A DNA stretch of 64,000 nt from Candidatus Levyibacteriota bacterium (lineage in GTDB: Bacteria > Patescibacteriota > Microgenomatia > Levybacterales > UBA12049). The DNA is taken from the NCBI GenBank assembly GCA_027459745.1, contig DAIDHL010000006.1, positions 19,578 to 83,577 on the forward strand. The letters run 5' to 3'. Every line of letters begins with the position of its first letter. Position 1 is the stretch's first letter. Below, piece by piece: positions 40,769 to 49,775 of the stretch. The position numbers and the translations under genes were made by a program. Under the pieces are notes generated by a model. It was given only the letters and a program-made list of their open reading frames with translations. It did not search any database and was not told the DNA's origin.

Positions 40769-41713
40769 ATGGCAGGTTTAATCGAGTCTCAAAAAGGGCT
40801 ATCATTTGCTGTAAATCGGGGTATTAAAAAAACAGCCTTTATGGCGAGTAGAACACTAGAACATTTTGGTGTCCATCCTCTAGTACCTCCAAGTGTAAAA
40901 ACTTTAAGCGAAATTCCATTTCGCAACATCAAATTACCAGGTCATAACACACAGATTGAAATATTTGGTGATAGTATGCTCAGACCAGGTGGTAAAAAGC
41001 CCTGGGAAACTACCGAAAAATCAGTGAGTGATTATATAGAAGAATTTACCCATGGCAAAGTATGTGCTAGAAATAACTCAATACCAGGATCCACAACCGA
41101 ACAGATTTATGAAACTTTACTTGATGAATATCCTAGGATAGTTGAATTGCCTTCGGATGTGGTAGTCGGTTTAAAACCTGAATCACTTAATGATGCTCGT
41201 TCATTGATAAGATCAGATTCAGATTTAGTTGGAGATAATCATTTACTTCCTATCCCTACTCATGTATTACGCTTATATCCGGAGTTCTTACTACTTATGA
41301 AAGAGACTTCATTAAATACAGGAAAACTTCTAGATTTATATGAAAACTTAGCCCAGGATCGTCTAAAAAGATGGGGTGATAAATATAATACTGCGCTTTT
41401 ATACCTAACCGAACCACCTTTTTTTAAAGCAAAAACAATGGTCTTTGAGCCAACGGACGGAAGCATGGCAAATCCTTCGCTATTTAAAATTCAGGGTCAT
41501 CCCGTTAATGAAAGAGTTGCCTATCTTATGACAGCGGCATTTATTAAAATTTGTGTTGAGAATATTCTCAAATTAACAAGGAGGAATCGTAATATCATTA
41601 TTTCTGGACTATCCCTTCTGCATCATAATTTATTTGATTCAACCGGACATCTGCCCCAAAAAGAACAACGCAACATCGGAGAGGAAATAGTAAATAAATT
41701 AGAGCTTGATTAG
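40769..41713 (+). CDS. divergent SGNH-hydrolase-like protein
   Basis: IFGDS, NNSIPGSTT, DSTGHL motifs. Confidence 0.5.
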   Translation: MAGLIESQKGLSFAVNRGIKKTAFMASRTLEHFGVHPLVPPSVKTLSEIPFRNIKLPGHNTQIEIFGDSMLRPGGKKPWETTEKSVSDYIEEFTHGKVCARNNSIPGSTTEQIYETLLDEYPRIVELPSDVVVGLKPESLNDARSLIRSDSDLVGDNHLLPIPTHVLRLYPEFLLLMKETSLNTGKLLDLYENLAQDRLKRWGDKYNTALLYLTEPPFFKAKTMVFEPTDGSMANPSLFKIQGHPVNERVAYLMTAAFIKICVENILKLTRRNRNIIISGLSLLHHNLFDSTGHLPQKEQRNIGEEIVNKLELD

Positions 41714-41726
41714 TATTATCTAATTC

Positions 41727-42482
41727 TCAATTTTTTTTATTTCCACCTTTTTCCCAGCGTACATTATTTAATAGTGAAGAGTACACATCGTCTCCGATCG
41801 ATATTTTAGTACTATCAAGTTCTTCTTGATTGGGATTGCGATCCTGAAATGATACATAATTTGCATCCTCTATTATGGCAAGCGGTTGCTGCTCATCCCC
41901 TTCTCCCATTACTCCTACTGCTGTAGTAGCTAATGTATCAGCCACATTTACTTTTTCTGCATGCATTAGTTTGCCAAAAATATCCGGTTTTCCAATATAG
42001 CTATTAATAGCTGCAAAACCACTATACGCCAGCGCTACGCCAGTTACGCCCCAACGTAAAGGTGAGGTTCGACTATCTGTCATTACTACACCAACATATC
42101 TTAGCTTAAACTTTTGACAAAGATACTCTCTAATCTTATTTACACTTGCCTGAGGATCTTTAGGCCACAACGTATAAAAACCATTACTGTTTGATTCATC
42201 GACTCCAGCAGAAGCAACCAGAATGTTCTGATTTATCGTGATCATAAAGCCATATTGATTAAACTCCCGAGGTAAATATAATTCGGCCTCTTGTTTGGCC
42301 AAAGAATCTTTATCAATGCCAGGTTCAGGTTTTACCATTCGTCCTTCACAAATTGCAACAATTTTTGAAGCTATGGCGACAACTGAATTCTCTTTTAACT
42401 GTGAAATATATTTATCCAGAATGAGGTTTATATCTTTATCTTCCTGCGTGATTTTGTGGGTTTTTATGGCTGTGACTATCAT
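41727..42482 (-). CDS. CofE-family (F420-0:glutamate ligase-like) gamma-glutamyl ligase
   Basis: SKIVAICEG, SAGVDESN, DSRTSPLRWG, VMGEGDEQQP; ATG at 42482. Confidence 0.85.
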   Translation of the reverse strand: MIVTAIKTHKITQEDKDINLILDKYISQLKENSVVAIASKIVAICEGRMVKPEPGIDKDSLAKQEAELYLPREFNQYGFMITINQNILVASAGVDESNSNGFYTLWPKDPQASVNKIREYLCQKFKLRYVGVVMTDSRTSPLRWGVTGVALAYSGFAAINSYIGKPDIFGKLMHAEKVNVADTLATTAVGVMGEGDEQQPLAIIEDANYVSFQDRNPNQEELDSTKISIGDDVYSSLLNNVRWEKGGNKKN

Positions 42483-42581
42483 AAAAGCATTATATACAAG
42501 AAGCTGCAGATTAACAAATAGATGCTCGTTTGCTATAATGAGCATGTCCAAATCTGATAGTCCACGTAAACCTTTGTTTAT

Positions 42582-44333
42582 TTAATATGGTGGCCATAGC
42601 TCAATGGTTAGAGCACTAGATTGTGGATCTAGCGGTTGCGGGTTCGACTCCCGTTGGCCACCCCAAATAGGATTTGAAGGGTCAAACGTAGTAGTTTGGG
42701 TTGATTTTGCAGTCTTTTCCTCCGGTTCGAAAGTGTTTGGTTGTTGAACCATAATAGCCTTAGCTTCTTGTATCTTTTCAATGGGCTTTAGTAGGTCTAC
42801 GCTCAGTTTTTTATCCTTTAAGACGAAGTTAATTCCAAGTGCAGAAACAATTGCTCGTTTTTCGTCTGCTGAACCTTTTTCAAACCACCCTCTCGCTTGT
42901 TTAGCAAAATTAAATAATTTTTCCGAATTATCCAGCCATTCATCTTGGGTATCTCCGAGAGCCTTTATTTTTTCTTCAATCTGTTTTCTCTCTAAAATAT
43001 ACTGATTTTTCAGTTTAATATATTCATCATCACTTAAAATTTCTCCATCTTTGTTGGCTTCACTAAAGTATTTTTTGGAAAGATTGTCGAGTCTTCGTGA
43101 AGCCGCTGATATTGCAAATTTTAGATTTTTTAGCATATCAGCTCGAACATTGATATCATCTTGTCGATCTTTACGAAGGATATCCATTGTCCAGTCAATA
43201 AATTCCTGAGGTATGGTAAGGGTAGTAAGTAACTCGTCTATTTGGCGCTCTAAATCGTTTCCAGAAATGCCTGATTGAGTGCATTTAGGATTAAGGTATT
43301 TATCACAGTTGTAATGGATAAGATGTGTTACCTTTTGAGGTGCGATTGTCCCACATTTTGGGCACTTGTCATAGTTTTGAGCGTTAAATCTCTTATGACA
43401 ATTAGTGCAAGTTTTACGGAATCGTTCAGTTCCAGTAATTGATGAAGCACACATACATTTAATAAGATTAGTAAGTGGAAATTCGTGAGCCCTAACCCGT
43501 GGTTTCCCTTTGCGACCAAGAATTATTTGTGCTTTGTCAAATTCTTCTAGTGTAATCATTTGTTTATGTGCTCCTTGTAGTATTTCACCTCGGTACTTAT
43601 ACATTCCAGTATAGAATATGTTTCCAAACATTGCATACATTTGCGAGTCAGAAAGAGGTCTTCCATTCCTTCTGCGAAGTCCCCATTCGTTAGTTGCTAT
43701 TTCAAGTATTTTTGGTGGGCTGTACTGCATATCAAGAAGTAAATCCCACATTTTCCTAATTAAATTGAAACGTCTCTTATCAATAATAATATCGCGTAAT
43801 CCTTGAGGTTTTGCGGTGTTATTCAAATAACCAATAGGAGCAAGGATAGGTGCGTGTCCTGCAAGTATTTTTTCATCCATACCTCTTTTAGTAGCTTTTT
43901 GTAGATCAGTAATAAATTTATTGCTCATTCCAAACTCAACATACATAAGAAGAATATCGTCAATTCCATAGGTTTGAGTAGGCGTAACAATTTTTACGCC
44001 AAAATTTTGTACAAGCCAAATAATACGTCCTCCGTCAACAGGATTGCGAGCCAGACGATTGAGAGCCCAGCACACTATAATCTTAGCTTTTCCCTGTTCA
44101 AGTAGCTGGCACATTTCATTAAATTTAGGTCTGCCCGGTGCTTTTGCAGACTGTTCTTCTTCATAATCGGCAACTGGTTCTTGCGTATTTGTGAAGGAAA
44201 TAGTCTCATGGAATGTACGTTCCTGCGAAGAAATACTCGCCACTTGCTTATTTTTATCCTCTTGAGATTTACGTTTGTATTTTACATAAAGCTCAAGTTT
44301 ATTTCCTGCTAGGTAATATGAGTCATTATTCAT
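42582..44333 (-). CDS. large serine recombinase (integrase) whose 3' end runs antisense through tRNA-His
   Basis: YKRKS catalytic motif, SAKAPGRPKF, LNRLARN, APIGY, FYTG recombinase domain, Cys zinc ribbon, coiled coil; tail GQRESNPQP... is the tRNA reverse complement. Confidence 0.93.
   Translation of the reverse strand: MNNDSYYLAGNKLELYVKYKRKSQEDKNKQVASISSQERTFHETISFTNTQEPVADYEEEQSAKAPGRPKFNEMCQLLEQGKAKIIVCWALNRLARNPVDGGRIIWLVQNFGVKIVTPTQTYGIDDILLMYVEFGMSNKFITDLQKATKRGMDEKILAGHAPILAPIGYLNNTAKPQGLRDIIIDKRRFNLIRKMWDLLLDMQYSPPKILEIATNEWGLRRRNGRPLSDSQMYAMFGNIFYTGMYKYRGEILQGAHKQMITLEEFDKAQIILGRKGKPRVRAHEFPLTNLIKCMCASSITGTERFRKTCTNCHKRFNAQNYDKCPKCGTIAPQKVTHLIHYNCDKYLNPKCTQSGISGNDLERQIDELLTTLTIPQEFIDWTMDILRKDRQDDINVRADMLKNLKFAISAASRRLDNLSKKYFSEANKDGEILSDDEYIKLKNQYILERKQIEEKIKALGDTQDEWLDNSEKLFNFAKQARGWFEKGSADEKRAIVSALGINFVLKDKKLSVDLLKPIEKIQEAKAIMVQQPNTFEPEEKTAKSTQTTTFDPSNPIWGGQRESNPQPLDPQSSALTIELWPPY
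42589..42665 (+). tRNA. tRNA-His(GTG), integration target
   Basis: G-1 plus GTGGCCA/TGGCCAC acceptor, CTAGA-TTGTGGA-TCTAG anticodon arm, C73 then CCA. Confidence 0.96.
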
Positions 44334-44335
44334 AA

Positions 44336-44485
44336 TTAATTTTCTGGCATTTTTTTGCCAATTACACGAAAAATATTTATTAATCTTCTTGCAAGTTCTT
44401 GAACTTCTTCATCAGTAAGTACTACCCCATATCGCTTGGAATAAAGCTGTTTTAGGGTGGCAAGGTCTTCTGCTAATACGTTCAC
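44336..44485 (-). CDS. 49-aa helical protein directly upstream of the integrase
   Basis: RBS AGGGGGTGG then GTG; MNVLAEDLATLKQLYSKRYGVVLTDEEVQELARRLINIFRVIGKKMPEN; stop 2 nt before the integrase ATG; below the ORF-track length cutoff. Confidence 0.7.
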   Translation of the reverse strand: MNVLAEDLATLKQLYSKRYGVVLTDEEVQELARRLINIFRVIGKKMPEN

Positions 44486-44584
44486 AGATTGCCACCCCCT
44501 AGCTTCCCTATTTGGTAGGTATGTTTTAAGTGTATTGTCTTGAATTTGCCTAAATCAACCTTCGATAGCCACATAAGATTACAC

Positions 44585-44681
44585 AAAAAAACAGCCCTGA
44601 AAAGGCTGTCTAAAAACAAAAAACTCAAACTTTTGTCGAACCTTTTCAGTAAACTGAATGGGTTAACGACCTTGTTTGAGT
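44585..44681 (-). promoter_or_regulatory. structured leader and terminator upstream of the integrase operon
   Basis: Long hairpin ACTCAAAC...GTTTGAGT (44623-44681) followed on the minus strand by an ACAGCC/GGCTGT hairpin plus U-run. Confidence 0.5.
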
Positions 44682-44856
44682 GTAATCTCTATCTCTGTAA
44701 CTCTGTTAGGTAACCTTATTTGTGTCAATTCGGTCAAGCCGAAAAGATATTCCTCAAAGAGCCTTCTAACGTCTTTGCTACTTCGATATCAGCATCGAAA
44801 CCTGATATTTAATTGTATCTTTACTGTACCACTATATGTATAAAAAAGCAAGATAT

Positions 44857-45411
44857 TTAGCCTTCTGATCTCTTATCAACTTCAAATTCAGCTTCACCAT
44901 TTTTTATTCCTAGTTTAGTTGTAATATAGCCGACAAAAGATGGTTGAGGACAATCAGCGTTAAGACGGCTCTGTTCCTCTGAAAACTCTTTAAGCTTATT
45001 TGTTAACACAAGCTCAGAATCTTTTCCCCAGCAATCAAGAGTTCTAAAAATTCGTACTCTATTATCTAAGGAGTCATAGCTACTTCCTGCTTTGTGGTGA
45101 ATTGCTGATTTTTGATTTGGGTTTAGAAATGTCATTAAACCACTGAGTGCAGCTACAATTAATGCAATAATGCCTGAAATGTTATGGGAGCCATCAAACT
45201 GAGCGAATGACTTCACAGCTACGATTCCTGAAAGGACTGTTGTAGGAACGCCCAGTAGTAGATGGAAGAAACCCCACATTGAGCTATCATTATAATGGCT
45301 TTTAGCACTGAATCGAGCAGATTCTTCAATTCTTAATGCCTCTTTTATAATTTCAGTCTTTGTTTTTGAAACTACTACTTCTGTTGCAGTTGTTTTTTTT
45401 CTTTTAGCCAT
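44857..45411 (-). CDS. SLATT-domain 2-TM effector of CBASS
   Basis: RIEES..FSAKSHY, two TM helices (LLGVPTTVLSGI; LIVAALSGLMTFLNP), HHKAGSSY; start overlaps the CD-NTase stop. Confidence 0.82.
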   Translation of the reverse strand: MAKRKKTTATEVVVSKTKTEIIKEALRIEESARFSAKSHYNDSSMWGFFHLLLGVPTTVLSGIVAVKSFAQFDGSHNISGIIALIVAALSGLMTFLNPNQKSAIHHKAGSSYDSLDNRVRIFRTLDCWGKDSELVLTNKLKEFSEEQSRLNADCPQPSFVGYITTKLGIKNGEAEFEVDKRSEG

Positions 45412-46288
45412 ATGCAGGAAAATAGTCTCCAAATATTAATCTCCATTGTTCTATTGCTTGCCTAATATACCCTCTATTAGCAAAATCCTCTGCTCTTATT
45501 GCTCTATTATATGCAGTTTCAAATTTTGTTACTGCATTATCTATTTTTTCAGGGGAATCTATGTAGTAGCCTATATCGCCACCATATCCAGCAGGATCAG
45601 GATTTTGTTTAGAAATGAGGGTTCTTCCTTTATCAAAGAAATATCTTGTGCCAGTGGAAAAATCACTTATGACAACATATTTCATTATTTCTAAAGCAAG
45701 TGCTTCTAAATGAAATGAATGAAAAAAACTTCCCTTTGTTCTATTCCATGCTTTTATCATTTTTATTAGTGGAACTAATTTATATTCATGTGAAGCATTG
45801 GATTCGGATATAAGCTCGACGTGTTTCGTGGGATCGGTAGCTATCCAGTTCTGTTTGATAGAGTTAGGAATTAAATATCCGCCTCCCTGGCGATGAAATC
45901 CCGGCACAACATCTATCAAAAAGTCATTAAAATGTATTGTTACTGCTTGTCCATCTCTTGATATGTGAGGCGTTCTGGTGTACGTACGTAATAGAGTACG
46001 TTTTACTAAATCCAATAGTCCAGCTTGCCCACCATTTTTACCGTTGTCATAGTTATAGAAGTATTTATTATCCAGTACTACAAAAACGTCTATATCTGCT
46101 TCTTGGAGTGGTGCAATCATTGTATGACGCTTATACGATCCTGTAAGAAAGGAGTCTTGTACGTCCATATTTGCTTCAATTGCTTCTCTAACATTGCTTT
46201 GTCTTGTTGAGACTATAGAAGATTGTGGTTCTGTTATTTCTAAATTTCTCTTAAATTGGAGGAATGATTCGTTTATAGTAATAGCCAT
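45404..46288 (-). CDS. cGAS/DncV-like nucleotidyltransferase (CD-NTase, SMODS family)
   Basis: FLTGSYKRHTMI...DIDVF (GS + DxD), IDVVPG, WIATDP, IKMIKAWN, SFHLE, WRLIFGDYFP. Confidence 0.92.
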   Translation of the reverse strand: MAITINESFLQFKRNLEITEPQSSIVSTRQSNVREAIEANMDVQDSFLTGSYKRHTMIAPLQEADIDVFVVLDNKYFYNYDNGKNGGQAGLLDLVKRTLLRTYTRTPHISRDGQAVTIHFNDFLIDVVPGFHRQGGGYLIPNSIKQNWIATDPTKHVELISESNASHEYKLVPLIKMIKAWNRTKGSFFHSFHLEALALEIMKYVVISDFSTGTRYFFDKGRTLISKQNPDPAGYGGDIGYYIDSPEKIDNAVTKFETAYNRAIRAEDFANRGYIRQAIEQWRLIFGDYFPAYG

Positions 46289-46321
46289 TTGGCAATGATT
46301 GTAGCACCATAAGATATGCAA

Positions 46322-46954
46322 CTACAATGGTTGTGATTGCCAATCACGTTTTTTTATCCAATGATATAAATTTGCTTCCGTTGTCCCATATCGTTTTGCA
46401 ATAAATCGTTGTGTGCTTCCGTTTGCCAACAAGGCTTTGATTTCCACTTCATATTGATCTAGCTTGCTTTTCCCTACGCCTTTTGGACGTCCCAGCTTGA
46501 TTCCAGCGAGTTTCTTTGCTTGCAGTGCCTCAATAGTGCGCTTGCTGATTAAATCGCGTTCAATTTCGCTTGCCATTGAGAAACACATTGCCACAAGTTT
46601 GCTTTGAATAGAGTTATTCAGCTCCCAACTCCCTTTTATAGCAAAAACATTTATTTGCTTTTGTGTAGCCACAGATAAAATTTCCATAATTTCAAGCATA
46701 GACCTTCCCAGCCTTGAGAGTTCGGAGACAATAAGATTATCTCCCTTTTGCATAGTTTCCAGCAATTCTGCAATCTTCCGCTTTCGCCACGACACTTTCC
46801 CTGATATTTGTTCAGAAACAAACTCCACATGTCCGAGTTGCTTTGTATTTGCCAGTTCCAAAATAGCTGATTTATTCTTCTCTAAGTCTTGCAAGGCAGT
46901 TGAAACTCGAAGGTAAGCATAGGTTTTAGGCTGTGAATTAAATAAAAACGTCAT
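46322..46954 (-). CDS. resolvase/invertase-type small serine recombinase
   Basis: YAYLRVST, SELSRLGRS, ERDLISKRT, LGRPKG, C-terminal HTH. Confidence 0.93.
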   Translation of the reverse strand: MTFLFNSQPKTYAYLRVSTALQDLEKNKSAILELANTKQLGHVEFVSEQISGKVSWRKRKIAELLETMQKGDNLIVSELSRLGRSMLEIMEILSVATQKQINVFAIKGSWELNNSIQSKLVAMCFSMASEIERDLISKRTIEALQAKKLAGIKLGRPKGVGKSKLDQYEVEIKALLANGSTQRFIAKRYGTTEANLYHWIKKRDWQSQPL

Positions 46955-47073
46955 GTTTATAATTTTATTATTATCATCCTTATAACAAAATCAAGCCTTT
47001 TCTTTTGTGGTTTCTTTTTAGGATAAATGAACGTTTTTGCTATAGAGAGCAATGCTATAATTATTCCAATATA

Positions 47074-48291
47074 ATGAAGGACTATTTCCATATCAATGAA
47101 GTTAGACCACAGGAGTTAATGCGGATATTGTTGATGCATTTCAACCAAGCTCAAAACATTAGTGATTTCACATATAGATATAAAAATCCAAGTTCAAGTA
47201 ACTATATCGATGTCTTTTGTAACGAAGATGGAAGTATAAAAAATATAGTTATATCTAAAGATTTCCCAGAAGAAGAACTTATGCAACTGAAGCAGAAAAT
47301 TCAAGATAATTTGATTACAGATAATGGCGAAATGGTTGGACAGATTATTGGTTTCTGTACAGAAAAAATATCAGGGTATTTTAAGTACAAAGATTTATTT
47401 CAAATATTTCCAGTCCCAGACAGTTCGCCAAAGCCTGATGTTGCTATTGCAGACCATCCTTTTGTTTTTGAGGTTAAGTTCAAAAAAAGTCCAGATTTTA
47501 CTATTAACAACAGTAGAAAAATGGAAAAAGCTATAATTTATTCCCGTTTATTAAATCAGTTGGTAAATCAGCACATTTGGTTAGGTAATAGGTACGGTCA
47601 ATTTGCATGGGCATACATTAATGTGGAAGATGTGGCTAATTTAACGAGCAAATGGGTTCAGTTGGGGTATATCCCAAAGGGCTTAGAAGATAACGGAGGA
47701 CGATTTTCATCACTAGATGCATTAAAACCAATAGAAAGAGAAGAATTCAATAAATACTATTCTTCTATGGGTAGGTCTACTGCAGATTTTAAGCTGCCAG
47801 ATAATTTGGAAGCCTCTTTAGACAAGGCTTTCTCTCTTGGTAGTTCCAAATGGAAGAAGTTCTTCATGGCTTGTAGCTGGTATGCTCAACATCCTTTTAC
47901 TTGGCAAGAATCACATTCATCTGCCTTTATAGAGTTAGTAACAGCTCTTGAATGCCTTGCTCAGGACAAGGATGTTTGTAAGTGCTGCAATCAACCCCTC
48001 TTGGAGAATGAAGACATCTGTAAATGCTGTGGACAGCCGCGTTATAGAGTAACAAAGCATTTCCAGCAATTCTTGAAGGAGTATGTACCAAGTATAGATC
48101 ACTATCCTCTAGCGAAAAAGACAATTTATCAAATTAGGTCGCAGCTTGCACATGGTATGGATTTATTACAGGCAGATTTAGAACCTTGGCATTTTATGAT
48201 GGATGCAAGGCAGGATGATCAGAGAAAACTACAATCTGACCTATACTTTATAACGCGTACTGCTATTTACAATTGGCTTCATAAGGCTTAA
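47074..48291 (+). CDS. ApeA-like HEPN-domain protein with zinc-finger insert
   Basis: AFIELVTALECL, CKCC...CKCCG, IRSQLAHG (RxxxxH). Confidence 0.7.
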   Translation: MKDYFHINEVRPQELMRILLMHFNQAQNISDFTYRYKNPSSSNYIDVFCNEDGSIKNIVISKDFPEEELMQLKQKIQDNLITDNGEMVGQIIGFCTEKISGYFKYKDLFQIFPVPDSSPKPDVAIADHPFVFEVKFKKSPDFTINNSRKMEKAIIYSRLLNQLVNQHIWLGNRYGQFAWAYINVEDVANLTSKWVQLGYIPKGLEDNGGRFSSLDALKPIEREEFNKYYSSMGRSTADFKLPDNLEASLDKAFSLGSSKWKKFFMACSWYAQHPFTWQESHSSAFIELVTALECLAQDKDVCKCCNQPLLENEDICKCCGQPRYRVTKHFQQFLKEYVPSIDHYPLAKKTIYQIRSQLAHGMDLLQADLEPWHFMMDARQDDQRKLQSDLYFITRTAIYNWLHKA

Positions 48292-48300
48292 TGTATAAGC

Positions 48301-49044
48301 ATGAAAAAGCAAAAAATTAAAGCTAGCAAATTACGAAACACCTCTGATCCTACTTTAGCAAAACCACACGCAAAAGGAGCAAATGTAGCTCTTGTTCAGC
48401 CGTCAAAAGACAATGTATGGGGAAGATTTTACTTTGTTCAATATCATAGGTATCCGCTGTTGCTTTCCAAAAGCGCAAATTACTACAAGGACGTAATTGA
48501 TTTACTGACAAAAGCAAGAGCTTTACCCGTAGGAAAAGATAATACTCGATTATTAGATGACCAGTTGCGCGATGAACTTGAATTTGCCTCTATGCAGTTT
48601 CTGATTTTTACCAAACTTGCATTTGAATATATGACTACAGAAATGCTAACAATGATAAACAACATCCATCTCCACAAAGGCGGTAAAGTTGAAGTTCCTT
48701 GGGAGAACTTTTCAATTACTGAACGCTTGACCATACTTCTTAAAAATTTGAATCTTAAATTTATTGTTCCTGATTGTCTCAATAAAATTCTTACTAATAG
48801 AGATTTAGTTGAACATCCTTCAAAAGATCGTCTTTACTCCCCGACAGAAGACGAGTGGAAAAATGTGCATCTTGCATGGGTACTTAGTGGAGAGATAGAA
48901 GGTTGCTTAGATAAACTTGTGAACTTTGTTAATCCAATCATTGAAGCATTTGATAAATTTGTTGATGCAAATCAAATTCCTGGACAATTAACGGGTCTGC
49001 AAAGAGGATTAAAATCGATAGATAATTTCAAAAAGTCAAAGTAA
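48301..49044 (+). CDS. putative HEPN-domain protein
   Basis: Helical; KLAFE...NRDLVEHP (RxxxxH). Confidence 0.55.
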   Translation: MKKQKIKASKLRNTSDPTLAKPHAKGANVALVQPSKDNVWGRFYFVQYHRYPLLLSKSANYYKDVIDLLTKARALPVGKDNTRLLDDQLRDELEFASMQFLIFTKLAFEYMTTEMLTMINNIHLHKGGKVEVPWENFSITERLTILLKNLNLKFIVPDCLNKILTNRDLVEHPSKDRLYSPTEDEWKNVHLAWVLSGEIEGCLDKLVNFVNPIIEAFDKFVDANQIPGQLTGLQRGLKSIDNFKKSK

Positions 49045-49053
49045 AAGTGGTAA

Positions 49054-49764
49054 TTATAAAGAATCTGCGTAAGCTTGAATTAGAAGTTTTGCTCGTTCTT
49101 TACATTCGTTTTCTGTTAATCTCCTATTTGCAGGAGTAACGGCATGTCTTTGAAGTTGAGTCGTTTGTCTAACATCTGTTGCAAATGACTCATTTTGTCC
49201 AGCGAGTGCTGCGAGTTGTCTCCAACCACCTACATGATGGGCAATTATTTCAAGTGCCTTATAGATGCCATAAAGAGGTTTGTCGTCATCAATAATTTCT
49301 TCATTAAAATAATGTAATGCGTGTTTTAAGGTATCATCATTAAGCGCTTTATTTACTATTAAAGTATCATTTATAGGGCTAGCGCTATCGTGCATTTCCT
49401 GCGTTACTATGAGTGCTGTGCCTTGTATAGTTACTTGGTGAGTTGTTGTCTGAATCTGAACGCGTTCTACTGCCTTTGCAGCATCATGTATTCCTAAGAA
49501 GTGATCTTTGTGTCCTTCAGCATTTGTTTTCCATGTATGGTTGAAATTAACACTTACTTTTATATTTTGCCGGAAAGCCCATGCATCTAAGTATAATTCT
49601 GCAATATTTTTTGCTTCTTCAAGTTGATTCTCGTCATCTACACCAACGTACAAAATTCCATCTCTTATTTCTATTTCAGTACCATCGGGATTATAAAAAA
49701 CTTCACAAACATCCTTAAAGGGAAAATTGATAATCTCGCCTTGAATTCCGTAGGGTTTGTTCAT
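49054..49764 (-). CDS. hypothetical protein, HEPN-like C-terminus, downstream of type III Res
   Basis: ALHYF...IYKALEII...TTQLQRHA...ECKERAKLLI pattern; ATG 11 nt after the Res stop. Confidence 0.5.
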   Translation of the reverse strand: MNKPYGIQGEIINFPFKDVCEVFYNPDGTEIEIRDGILYVGVDDENQLEEAKNIAELYLDAWAFRQNIKVSVNFNHTWKTNAEGHKDHFLGIHDAAKAVERVQIQTTTHQVTIQGTALIVTQEMHDSASPINDTLIVNKALNDDTLKHALHYFNEEIIDDDKPLYGIYKALEIIAHHVGGWRQLAALAGQNESFATDVRQTTQLQRHAVTPANRRLTENECKERAKLLIQAYADSL

Positions 49765-49775
49765 AAATGATAACT

